Assembly (NCBI GenBank): GCA_963755025.1
Contig: CAVWIH010000010.1
Location: 33,370 to 97,369 of the forward strand
Direction of reading: 5' to 3'
Length of the DNA stretch: 64,000 nt
DNA from: an uncultured Actinomycetes bacterium
GTDB lineage: Bacteria > Actinomycetota > Thermoleophilia > UBA2241
A model generated the notes under the pieces. That model searched no databases, had not been told where the DNA came from, and saw nothing but the letters and a program-made list of their open reading frames with translations. Shown piece after piece: positions 11,338 through 20,892 of the stretch. The position numbers were made by a program, and so were the translations under genes. Each line of letters starts with the position of its first letter. Position 1 is the first letter of the stretch.

Positions 11338-12356
11338 AGCGCCTCGTAGCCCGAGGTCATCGCCGCCACGCTGAAGCGCCGCTCGACGGTCGCGCGGCAG
11401 ACGTGCGGGTCGATCTCGTCGAGCCGGCCGACGGCGGTCACCATCTGGTCGACGTCGTCGCAGATGAAGCCCGTGACGCCGTCGTCGATGACCTCGTCGA
11501 CCGAGCCGTTGCGCAGGGCGATCACCGGCGTGCCGGTGGCCAGCGCCTCGACCATCACCAGGCCGAACGGCTCGGGCCACTGGATGGGAAAGAGAAAGCC
11601 CTTGGCGTGCGCGAACAGCTCGTGCTTGCGCTCGTCTGAGACCTCGTCTTCGAAGACGATGCGCTCGCCGTCGACCTGGGGCTTGATGCGCTGCTCGTAG
11701 TAGTCGCGGTACCAGTCCTGCACGACGCCGGCCATGATGAGCCGGTGGCCGGTACGCCGCGCGACGTCGATGGCCAGGTGGAAGCCCTTGTCGTCGCACA
11801 CGCGGCCGAAGGCCAGCAGGTAGTCGTCTTTGTCGGTGACCAGCGGCCAGCCCGCGATCGGCAGGGCGTTGTGCACCGTGCCCGCCCAGCTCATGCCGGG
11901 GGGCGCGAGGCTGCGCTGAAAGTCGCTGATCGAGGCGTAGGCGACGTCGTCGCGGAACTGCTCGTAGAACGGGTAGGCGTGGGCGTCGAAGGCGCAGTGC
12001 ACCGTGTGCAACACGGGCGGCAGGTCGAGGAAGCGGCTGAAAGCGACCAGCAGAAAGCCGGAGTGGTCGTGCACGACGTCGAAGTCGCCGTCGTCGAGGA
12101 TCTGCTCGACGGCGAAGCTCACGTGGCGCGCGTCGTAGGTCGTCATGGCCGAAGGCAGCGCCATCATGGCGGTCTGGGGCTCGGGGAACAGGGCGCGCAG
12201 CTCGGCCGGCGTGCGCGAGTCGCCCGACGCGAACAGCACGACCTCGTGCCCGGCGGCGGTCAGGCCATCGCACAGGTGCTTGACCACCCACTCCGTGCCA
12301 CCGTAGCCGGCGGGCGGCACGGTGATCCAGGGAGGAGCTATCTGGGCGATCTTCAT
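11295..12356 (-). CDS. GT4 family glycosyltransferase
   Basis: MKIAQIAPPWITVPPAGYGGTE, FPIQWPEPFGLVMVEALATGTPVIA. Leaderless-type TACAAT 6 nt upstream of the ATG. Confidence 0.9.
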   Translation of the reverse strand: MKIAQIAPPWITVPPAGYGGTEWVVKHLCDGLTAAGHEVVLFASGDSRTPAELRALFPEPQTAMMALPSAMTTYDARHVSFAVEQILDDGDFDVVHDHSGFLLVAFSRFLDLPPVLHTVHCAFDAHAYPFYEQFRDDVAYASISDFQRSLAPPGMSWAGTVHNALPIAGWPLVTDKDDYLLAFGRVCDDKGFHLAIDVARRTGHRLIMAGVVQDWYRDYYEQRIKPQVDGERIVFEDEVSDERKHELFAHAKGFLFPIQWPEPFGLVMVEALATGTPVIALRNGSVDEVIDDGVTGFICDDVDQMVTAVGRLDEIDPHVCRATVERRFSVAAMTSGYEALYRELVRDARPALS

Positions 12357-12457
12357 GAAGGGATTGTATCCACAAGAACGGACCTGCCACGCCTCGCGCA
12401 CCGCGATGCTAGGATGCGGCTTTGTCGGAACGACCGGTGAACGAGCGAAAGGCCCGC

Positions 12458-13691
12458 ATGTCAGCCCAGCGACCCTTGCTCTACCTGCAGTGCCAAAGCG
12501 GGGCGAGCGGCGACATGCTGGTCGGCGCGCTGCTCGGCCTCTTCGCCCCCGAGAGCGCTCCCGCGGCGCTCGCTCGGGTCGTGGCGCCGGCGCTCGCGGC
12601 GGCCGGCATCGACCCGGCGGTCGCCCATGTGGCGAGCGGCGTGAGCGGCGGCCTCGCGGCGCAGCGTTTCACGGTCGACGATCTGCCCGGCTTCGCCACG
12701 TTCGCCGCGCTCGACGCCGCGCTGCGACGTTCGACCCTCGACCGGGCCCTGGCCGACGGCGTCGCCGCGGTGGCCGCGCGCATGGCCGCCGCCGAACGCG
12801 CCGTGCACGGCGCTGCCGGGGGCGAGCACCTCCACGAGCTCGCCGGCCTCGACACCGCCGTCGACCTCATCAGCGTGCTGGCCCTGGTCGCCGCGCTCGA
12901 TCCCGCGCGTATCGTCGCCTCGCCGCCGGTGCTGGGCGGCGGTACCGTCATCACGGCCCATGGCGAGCTGCCCGTGCCGACCCCGGCCGTCCTTGAGCTG
13001 CTGCGCGGCCTGCCGACCGGCGGCGCCGGCCCGGCCGGCGAAGCCGCCGAGCTGACCACGCCCACCGGCGCCGCGCTGCTCGCCCACCTGGCCGACGAGT
13101 TCGGGGCGCTGCCGCCGGGCCGCCTGTGCGGTTCGGGCCTGGGCGCCGGGCAGCGCGAGCTGGCCGGACGGGCCAACGTGCTGCGCGCCCTGCTCATCGC
13201 GCCTCTCGACCGCGCTCCGGGCGGCGAGGGCGGCCCGTGGGCCGAAGACGACGCCGAGCTGCTCGAGACGACCATCGACGACCTGCCCGCCGAGCTGCTC
13301 GCCGAGGCCGCCGCGCGGCTGCTCGCCGCCGGCGCGCTCGACGTCTGGGCGACGCCGGCGACCATGAAGAAGAGCCGTGCCGGCGATGGTGCTGCACGTG
13401 CTGGCGCGGCCCGCGCAGCGGGCCGCGCTCGCCGAGATCGCCTTCGCCGAGACCTCGACCTTCGGCCTGCGCGTGACCGCCGTGCGCCGCCTGCTGCTCG
13501 ACGAGCGCCGCGTCACGGTCACCGTGGCCGGCGAGGCGGTGCGCGTGCGCCTCGGGTACCTGGGCGAGCGGCTCGTCACCGCCTCGCCCGAGTACGAGGA
13601 CTGCCGGCGCGCGGCCGAGCGGGCGGGGCGGCCGGCCAAGGATCTCTACGACGAGGCGCGCGCCGCCGCGCGGGGGCTCGGCGGCGCGTGA
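12458..13691 (+). CDS. larC: LarC (DUF111) nickel-pincer cofactor nickel insertion protein (frameshift ~13378)
   Basis: SGASGDMLVGALL, HLHE, AHGELPVPTPA, ELTTPTGAALL, LETTIDD, MKKSR, ETSTFGLR, PEYEDC. Confidence 0.85.
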
Positions 13692-13828
13692 GCGACGCCG
13701 CGCGCGACACGGTTTGACCCCTTAATTTGGGGCCTTGTAGTATCTGTCACAAGAAGACGACCGCGACGCGGGTCTTCCGGCCTCACATCCCGGACGCGTG
13801 AAACAGTGGATCTACAGAGGAGGGCGCG

Positions 13829-15548
13829 TTGAGTTCTGCCGCATAAGCCTGTCCGTCTATCTCCGGTGCCGCGAGACATCGAGATCGCTCAGGCGGCGAC
13901 CATGAAGCCGATCACCGAGATCGCGGCCAAGGCCGGCATCCTCGAAGAGGAGCTCGAGCTGTACGGCCGCTACAAGGCCAAGATCGACTACATGGCCCTG
14001 CTGAAGCGCTTGAAAGATGTGCCCGACGGCAAGATCATCGACGTCACGGCCATCACCCCGACGCCGCTCGGCGAGGGCAAGACCGTCACCGCCGTGGGTC
14101 TCTCCGAGTCCATGAACGCGATCGGCATCAAGACCATGCTCGCCCTGCGCGAGCCGTCGCTCGGGCCGGTCTTCGGCATCAAGGGCGGCGCGGCGGGCGG
14201 CGGCTACTCGCAGCTCATCCCCATGGAAGACCTGAACCTGCACTTCACCGGCGACATCCACGCCGTGGGCACCGCCAACAACCTGCTGGCCGCCATGATC
14301 GACAGCCACCTCATGCACGGCAACGAGCTCGACATCGACCCGCTGACCATCTCCTGGCGGCGCGTCGTCGACCTGAACGACCGCGCCATGCGCGAGATCG
14401 TCAACGGCCTCGGCGGCCGCCTGAACGGCGTCCCCCGCCAGACCGGCTACGACATCACGGTGGCCTCCGAGGTCATGGCCATCCTCGGCCTCGCCACCTC
14501 GCTCAAAGACCTGCGCGCGCGCCTGGGCCGCATCACCTTCGCCTACAACAAGTCGGGCAACCCGCTGACCGCCGACGACATCGGCGCCGGCGGCGCCATG
14601 ACGGTGCTGCTCAAAGACGCCATCAAGCCGAACCTCATGCAGACCCTCGAGGGCAACGCCGCCCTCATCCACGCCGGCCCCTTCGCCAACATCGCCCAGG
14701 GCAACAACTCGATCATCGCCGACCAGGTCGCCATGAAGCTGGCCGACTACCTGGTCACCGAGAGCGGCTTCGCCGCCGACCTCGGCGCCGAGAAGTTCAT
14801 GGACATCATCTGCCGCTACGGCGGCTTTGCCCCGAGCGCCGTGGTCATCACCTGCACCATGCGCGCCCTCAAGATGCACGGCGGCCTGCCCATGGATCCC
14901 GAGGGCCTCAAGGCCGAGAACAACGCCGCCCTCGAAAAGGGCTGCGAGAACCTCGTCAAGCAGATCGAGAACATGAAGCTCTTCGGCCTGCCCGTCGTGG
15001 TCACCATCAACCGCTTCGCCTTCGACCGCCCCAGCGAGATCGAGATCGTGCGCAAGGCGGCCGTGGCGGCCGGCGCCGAAGACGCCGTGCCGATCAACGT
15101 GCACGCCATGGGCGGCGACGGTGGCCAGGAGGCGGCCGAGGTCGTCAAGGCGGCCGCCGACAAGGGCGGCAAGTTCGAGTTTCTCTACTCGCTCGACGCC
15201 TCGATCAAAGAGAAGATCGAGACCATCGCCACCAAGATCTACGGCGCCGATGGGGTCGACTACCTGCCCGAAGCCGAGGCCAAGATCAAGCTCTTCACCG
15301 AGCAGGGCCTCGACAAGCTGCCGCTCTGCATGGCCAAGACGCATCTGTCGCTCTCGCACGACCCGGCGCTCAAGGGCCGCCCGCGCGGCTTCCGCGTGCC
15401 GATCCGCGACATCCGCCCGGCGACCGGCGCGGGTTACCTCTACCCGCTGCTCGGCGAGATGCGCACCATGCCCGGCCTGGCCAAGCGCCCGGCCGCGGTC
15501 GACGTCGACATCGATACCGAGACCGGCCGTATCAAGGGCCTGTTCTAG
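13829..15548 (+). CDS. fhs: Formate--tetrahydrofolate ligase
   Basis: PTPLGEGKT, REPSLGPVFGIKGGAAGGGYSQ, HAGPFANIAQG, TMPGL, ends IKGLF. The true start is probably TTG 13829 behind GAGGAGG with a 1-nt read insertion; the clean ORF starts at 13866. Confidence 0.96.
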
Positions 15549-15733
15549 AGACCACTCAAAAACAGGGACAACGGTAGCGAGCGATACCGACCGCGGGGCG
15601 GCGGCGCCACAGGCGCCGCCGCCCCGCGCCGCGAGCGGCCCCCACAACGGGCCGCCCGCGACGCCGGCCTCCGGCCGGCCGGCCCATCCGCCTCTCCTGC
15701 CCTGCTTTTGAGCGAAGCGATCGGAGGAACGCG

Positions 15734-16375
15734 TTGAGCGACGAGGCCACCATCTACCGCGACGAACCACTGCGGGTCTACCTCGACGACGCCGCGTCGG
15801 GCAAGCCCGCGCCCGGCGGCGGCAGCGTGTCGGCCTGCGCCGGCGCCCTGGGCGCCGGCCTGGTGTCGATGGTCTGCAACCTGACGATCGGCAAAGAGAA
15901 GTTCGCCGGCGTCGAGGAGGCCCTCACCGACGTCGTCGCGCGCTCCGAGGCCCTGCGCGCCCGGCTCGAGGAGCTGCTGCAGGAAGACACCACCGCCTAC
16001 AACGCCGTGCTCGTGGGCTATCGCCTGCCCAAGGACTCGCCCGAGCAGCAGGCCGCCCGCACCGCCCACATCCAGGCGGCGCTCAAGGTGGCCGCCAACG
16101 TGCCGCTCGAGATCGCCCGCGTGGCGCTCGACGTCTGCCGCCTGGCCAGGACGGCGGCCGACCTCGGTAACCCGGCCGCCGTGACCGACGCCGCCATCGG
16201 CGCCATCCTGGGCGAAGGCGCGGCCCAGGGCGCCGCCCTGAACGTGCTCATCAACCTGGGCACGATCAAAGACGTCACCTACGTGGCCGCCTGTCGCGCC
16301 GAGCTCGACGGCCTTCTCGCCGAAGCAGTCGACCTGCGCACCGAGGTCATGGCGATCACGCACACGAAGCTGTAG
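15734..16375 (+). CDS. fchA: Methenyl-THF cyclohydrolase / cyclodeaminase (FchA, FTCD_C family)
   Basis: ASGKPAPGGGSVSA, LVSMVCNLTIGK, NVPLEIA, GNPAAVTDA, AALNVLINL. Lies between fhs and folD; GGAGG RBS. Confidence 0.85.
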   Translation: MSDEATIYRDEPLRVYLDDAASGKPAPGGGSVSACAGALGAGLVSMVCNLTIGKEKFAGVEEALTDVVARSEALRARLEELLQEDTTAYNAVLVGYRLPKDSPEQQAARTAHIQAALKVAANVPLEIARVALDVCRLARTAADLGNPAAVTDAAIGAILGEGAAQGAALNVLINLGTIKDVTYVAACRAELDGLLAEAVDLRTEVMAITHTKL

Positions 16376-16429
16376 GGGCCGCGCGGCGGCCCGCCGCGCG
16401 CAAGGCAAGCGACAAAGGACTGGACTGAC

Positions 16430-17284
16430 ATGACAGCGCAGATCATCGACGGCAAGGCGATCGCCGAGCAGGTGCGCGCCGAGATCGTCGCCGAGGTCGG
16501 CAAGCTCGCCGCGCGCGGCGTCAAGCCGGGCGTGGCGACCATCCTCGTGGGCGACGACGGCGGCGCGCAGTTCTACCGCGGCCAGATCGAGAAGAACACC
16601 GGCACAGTGGGCTTCAACTACTTCAACCACACCCTGCCGGCCGGCACGAGCCAGGCCGAGGTGCTCGAGCTCATCGCCACGCTCAACGCCGACGCCGCCG
16701 TGCACGGCATCCTTGCCCTCATGCCCATGGCCGGCGGCATCGACCAGAACGCCGTGTTCAACGCCATCGCGCCGATCAAGGACCTCGACTGCGTGAACCC
16801 GGCCAACGTGGGCCACGTGCTGCTCGGCGACTTTCTGTTCGCGCCGGCGACGCCGTCGGCGTGCATCGAGATCCTCGACCGCGAGGGCATCGAGCTGCAG
16901 GGCCTCGACGTGACGATCGTCAACCACTCCAACATCGTCGGCAAGCCGGCCGCGCTGCTCTGCCTCAACCGCAACGCCTCGGTGCACGTGGTGCACGTCT
17001 TCAGCAAAGACGTGCCGGCCGCCTGCCGCGAGGCCGACGTGCTGATCTGCGCGGCGCCCGTGCAGAACCTGATCAAGCGCGACATGGTCAAGCCGGGAGC
17101 GGTCGTGGTCGACGTCACCACCATCCGCCACGAGGGCAAGCAGGTCGGCAGCCTCGAGTTCGAGGGCGTCTGCGAGGTCGCCTCGAAGGTCACCCCGGTG
17201 CCCGGCGGCGTGGGCCCCGTGACCAACGTCATCCTGCTCAAGAACGCCCTCGTGGCCTGCAAGGCCCAGAGCGGCGTCGCCTGA
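16430..17284 (+). CDS. folD: Methylene-THF dehydrogenase (FolD family, cyclohydrolase residues absent)
   Basis: MTAQIIDGKAIAE, KDLD, PATP, SNIVGKP, TPVPGGVGPVT. Confidence 0.9.
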   Translation: MTAQIIDGKAIAEQVRAEIVAEVGKLAARGVKPGVATILVGDDGGAQFYRGQIEKNTGTVGFNYFNHTLPAGTSQAEVLELIATLNADAAVHGILALMPMAGGIDQNAVFNAIAPIKDLDCVNPANVGHVLLGDFLFAPATPSACIEILDREGIELQGLDVTIVNHSNIVGKPAALLCLNRNASVHVVHVFSKDVPAACREADVLICAAPVQNLIKRDMVKPGAVVVDVTTIRHEGKQVGSLEFEGVCEVASKVTPVPGGVGPVTNVILLKNALVACKAQSGVA

Positions 17285-17557
17285 CGCTCCGCGCGAGCAC
17301 CGCGGCCGCGTGCGCGGCCCCTCGGCCGCGGCCATGCGCCGCGGGCCGTGCGGTCCACCTCTGGTCGCCCGAGCTCCCGCTCGACGCGAGCGCCGTGGTT
17401 GCGCGACTCGCCGCCGAGGCGCGACAATGGGGCGACCGGCGACTTGCGTCGCGACCGCGCGCCAAGGCGCGGCCGGCGGCGCGCGCCGAAGCGCAGCCGA
17501 CGTTGATGATGGAACGCCCCCCACGGGCCGTTCGTGGTGACGAAGCGGAGTGATGCG

Positions 17558-18184
17558 ATGCCCAGGCGCGAGACAGAATCTCAGGCACACACCGGCACGG
17601 CCGTCCCCGCGCTCGACCTGACCGAGGTCGGTCGCGTGGTCGACGAGATCGACCCGCACGGCAACCTCATCGCCGTGCTGCAGCACGTGCAGGCCCACTA
17701 CGGGTACCTGCCCGAGCCGGTGATCAACGAGATCGCCCGGCTGTCGGGCGTGCCGGCCTCGCGCATCTACGGCATCGTCACCTTCTACGCCCAGTTCTCG
17801 ACCGAGCCCAGCGGGCGCCACAAGGTCTTCGTGTGCCACGGCACCGCCTGCCACGTGGCCGGCGCGCCGCGCATCACCGAGGCCATCGAGCAGGAGCTCG
17901 GCGTGGCCGACGGCGGCACCACGCCCGACATGAGCTTCACGCTCGACTCGGTGGCCTGCATGGGCGCCTGCTCGCAGGCGCCGGTCATGCGCATCGACGC
18001 CGACACGTTCGGCAACCTGACGCCCGACTCCACCCGCAAGTACATCCTCGGCGTGCTCGACGAGCTCGGCCTGAGCGCCGCCGACCTGGCGGGCGGCGCG
18101 GCCGCCCCCGAGGACGCCGCCCAGGCGGCTCCCGACACCGCGGCCCGCACGGCAAGCGACGCAAGCGAAGGACGGCGGCCATGA
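17558..18184 (+). CDS. NuoE/HydC-like [2Fe-2S] subunit
   Basis: LIAVLQHVQAHYGYLP, TFYAQF, VCHGTACH, CMGACSQAP. Confidence 0.9.
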   Translation: MPRRETESQAHTGTAVPALDLTEVGRVVDEIDPHGNLIAVLQHVQAHYGYLPEPVINEIARLSGVPASRIYGIVTFYAQFSTEPSGRHKVFVCHGTACHVAGAPRITEAIEQELGVADGGTTPDMSFTLDSVACMGACSQAPVMRIDADTFGNLTPDSTRKYILGVLDELGLSAADLAGGAAAPEDAAQAAPDTAARTASDASEGRRP

Positions 18185-20073
18185 GCGAACCCACGACCGT
18201 GCCCCAGGGCGTGCGCGTCGGCGTGGTGCCGGCGCCGGGCGGCAAGCGTCGCGTGCAGGTCTGCGCCGGCACCGCCTGCGTCTTTGCCGGCTCGCTCAAG
18301 ATGTTCGCCGCCTTCGAGGCCGAGATCGCCGCGGCCGGACTGGCCGACGAGGTCGAGGTCGCCATCATCGGCTGCCACGGCCTGTGCTCGCAGGGTCCGC
18401 TCGCCGTCATCGCGGGCGAGGAGACCTACTATCCCAAGCTCAAGGCCAAGCACGTCAAGCGCATCGTCGAAGAGCACCTGGTCGGCGGCAACATCGTCGA
18501 GGACCTGCTCTACGTCGAGCCCGGCAGCGGCGAGCGCATCGCCTGCTGGCACGACATCCCCTTCTACGCCCAGCAGACGCGCATCGCCTTGCGCGACGTG
18601 GGCAGCATCCACCCCGAACGCATCGAGGAGTACGTGGCGCGGGGCGGCTACGCCGCCGCGCGCACCGTGGTCACCGAAAAATCGCCCGAGTGGGTCATCG
18701 ACGAGGTGCTCGCCTCGGGCATCCGCGGCCGCGGCGGCGCCGGCTTTCCCACCGGCCAGAAGTGGAAGTTCGCCTATAACTCGGTGAGCGACCAGAAGTA
18801 CCTCATCTGCAACGGCGACGAGGGCGACCCGGGCGCGTTCATGGACGCCTCCATCATGGACGGCGACCCGCACGCCGTGATCGAGGGCATGATCATCGGC
18901 TCGTACGCGATCGGCGCCCGCGACGGCTACATCTACGTGCGCGCCGAGTACCCGCTGGCCGTCAGCCGGCTGCGCCTGGCGATCTCGCAGGCCGAGGAGC
19001 TCGGCTACCTGGGCGACCACATGTTCGGCTCCGACTGGAGCTTTCACCTCAAGATCAAAGAGGGCGCCGGCGCCTTTGTGTGCGGCGAGGAGACGGCCCT
19101 CATGGCGAGCATCGAGGGCCGCCGCGGCATGCCGCGCTCGCGGCCGCCGTTCCCGGCGGTCTCGGGCCTGTGGGGCAAGCCCACCAACATCAACAACGTC
19201 GAGACCTTCGCCAACATCCCCTGGATCATCACGCACGGCGCCGCGGCCTACGCGGCCCTCGGCACCGAGAAGAGCCGCGGCACCAAGGCCTTCTCGCTGG
19301 CCGGCAAGCTGGTCAACGGCGGCCTCGCCGAGGTGCCCATCGGCTCGACCATCCGCGAGATGGTCTACGGCGTGGGCGGCGGCATCAAGGACGGCCGCGA
19401 GTTCAAGGCCGTGCAGCTCGGCGGTCCCTCGGGCGGCTGCGTGCCGGCCGCGCTGATCGACACGCCGATCGACTACGAGAGCCTGGCCGCCACCGGCGCC
19501 ATCATGGGCTCGGGCGGCATGGTCGTCGCCGACGACCAGACCTGCATGGTCGACCTGGCGCGCTACTTCTTGCAGTTCACCCAGAACGAGAGCTGCGGCA
19601 AGTGCGTGCCCTGCCGCATAGGCACCAAGCGCATGCTCGAGATCCTCGAGCGCATCACCGCGGGCGAGGGCGAAGACGGCGACATCGAGCGCCTGCAGAA
19701 GCTGGCCGCCACCATCAAGCGCACCAGCCTCTGCGGACTGGGCCAGACGGCCCCCAACCCGGTGCTCACCACCATCCGCTACTTCCGCGACGAATACGAG
19801 GCCCACATCTACGGCGGAGCCTGCCCGGCGCGGGCCTGCAGCGCGCTCATCAGCTACCACATCGACCCCGAGGCCTGCACCGGCTGCGGCCTGTGCGCCA
19901 AGAAGTGCCCGGTCGGCGCGGTGAGCGGCGAGCGCAAGCAGGCGCACGCGATCGACCTCGACGTGTGCACCAAGTGCGACACCTGCCGGCAGGTCTGCAA
20001 GTTCGGCGCGGTCGAGCGGCTGACCGGCGACGAAGTGGGCGCTCTGGCGAGCGCCGCGGCGCCGCCGGCCTGA
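18181..20073 (+). CDS. NuoF/HydB-like NADH-binding FMN/FeS subunit with N-terminal 2Fe-2S and C-terminal 2x[4Fe-4S]
   Basis: SGIRGRGGAGFPTG, CNGDEGDPGAFMD, GAGAFVCGEETAL, NESCGKCVPCRIG, two C-terminal CxxCxxCxxxC motifs. Confidence 0.93.
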   Translation: MSEPTTVPQGVRVGVVPAPGGKRRVQVCAGTACVFAGSLKMFAAFEAEIAAAGLADEVEVAIIGCHGLCSQGPLAVIAGEETYYPKLKAKHVKRIVEEHLVGGNIVEDLLYVEPGSGERIACWHDIPFYAQQTRIALRDVGSIHPERIEEYVARGGYAAARTVVTEKSPEWVIDEVLASGIRGRGGAGFPTGQKWKFAYNSVSDQKYLICNGDEGDPGAFMDASIMDGDPHAVIEGMIIGSYAIGARDGYIYVRAEYPLAVSRLRLAISQAEELGYLGDHMFGSDWSFHLKIKEGAGAFVCGEETALMASIEGRRGMPRSRPPFPAVSGLWGKPTNINNVETFANIPWIITHGAAAYAALGTEKSRGTKAFSLAGKLVNGGLAEVPIGSTIREMVYGVGGGIKDGREFKAVQLGGPSGGCVPAALIDTPIDYESLAATGAIMGSGGMVVADDQTCMVDLARYFLQFTQNESCGKCVPCRIGTKRMLEILERITAGEGEDGDIERLQKLAATIKRTSLCGLGQTAPNPVLTTIRYFRDEYEAHIYGGACPARACSALISYHIDPEACTGCGLCAKKCPVGAVSGERKQAHAIDLDVCTKCDTCRQVCKFGAVERLTGDEVGALASAAAPPA

Positions 20074-20311
20074 AGGCCACGCGCCACGGGTCCCCGCCCC
20101 TCGCATTGACGGACGAGGTGCGATAGTCTGCGCGCCATCGGGGGGGAGCGCCGCGACATCCTTGCGTCGCGGCGCTTGTAGGCCCACACTGTCAGAAACC
20201 GACGCCCTCGGTGGGTCCGTTGTTCGAATCCTACGAGGCTTCGCAGTAGGTTGACATTTTCCGACTGTTGCATTGAAGTAAGTCAGTCGTCTATGTGATG
20301 AGGGGTCAGGG

Positions 20312-20803
20312 GTGACGTTCAGTCTCGACGCGATCGATCGCCAGATCGTCGCACTGCTTGCAGAAGATGGCCGCATCTCTTCAGCCGAGATGACGCGTCG
20401 CATCGGTCACGTCTCCGAACGCGCCGTGCGCTATCGCATCGAGCGCCTCACGCGGGCCGGCGTCGTCAAGATCACCGCCATCGTCAACCCCCAGGCCGTC
20501 GGCTACCGGGTGACGGGCGACGTGATCATCGAAGTCTCGCCCGGCATGCTGCAAGACGTCGCCGAACAGCTCTGCGGCCTCGATAACATCAGCTACGTCG
20601 CCGGCTCCGTGGGCGACGGCGATCTGAGCGCGCAGGTCTATGCGCGCGACACCGAAGACCTGTTGCGCTTCGTCGACGAAGTCATCGGCAAGGTCAGGGG
20701 AGTCTCACGCACGCGTACAGCCGTGGTCCCCTGGAAGCTAAAAGACATCTATCAGTGGCGCATCCCCGAGACGATCGGGGAGAAGGGAGGCGGCGGACTC
20801 TAG
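20312..20803 (+). CDS. Lrp/AsnC family transcriptional regulator
   Basis: LDAIDRQIVALLAEDGRIS...SERAVRYRIERL...GVVK N-terminal HTH; 163 aa. Confidence 0.9.
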   Translation: MTFSLDAIDRQIVALLAEDGRISSAEMTRRIGHVSERAVRYRIERLTRAGVVKITAIVNPQAVGYRVTGDVIIEVSPGMLQDVAEQLCGLDNISYVAGSVGDGDLSAQVYARDTEDLLRFVDEVIGKVRGVSRTRTAVVPWKLKDIYQWRIPETIGEKGGGGL

Positions 20804-20892
20804 CTCAGGTAGGTGTGCAAGATTTGGGCGACCGGCCCGGGCTCTCTCCTTACTCGCCCGGGTGGCCGTTGAAGGGATCCAAGGGGGCGATA

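Noticed and set aside
13700-13865. THF or ZTP riboswitch upstream of fhs
   Set aside because: I could not match either consensus. The 3' part is better explained as an RBS plus the true fhs N-terminus (TTG 13829) with a 1-nt insertion.
15546-15736. fhs-fchA amber readthrough fusion
   Set aside because: The frames differ, and fhs ends at its conserved GLF terminus.
13857-20403. Long antisense ORFs (637-872 aa) opposite fhs/folD/nuoF, and similar shadow ORFs throughout
   Set aside because: These are expected from high GC3 codon bias and carry no recognisable motifs.
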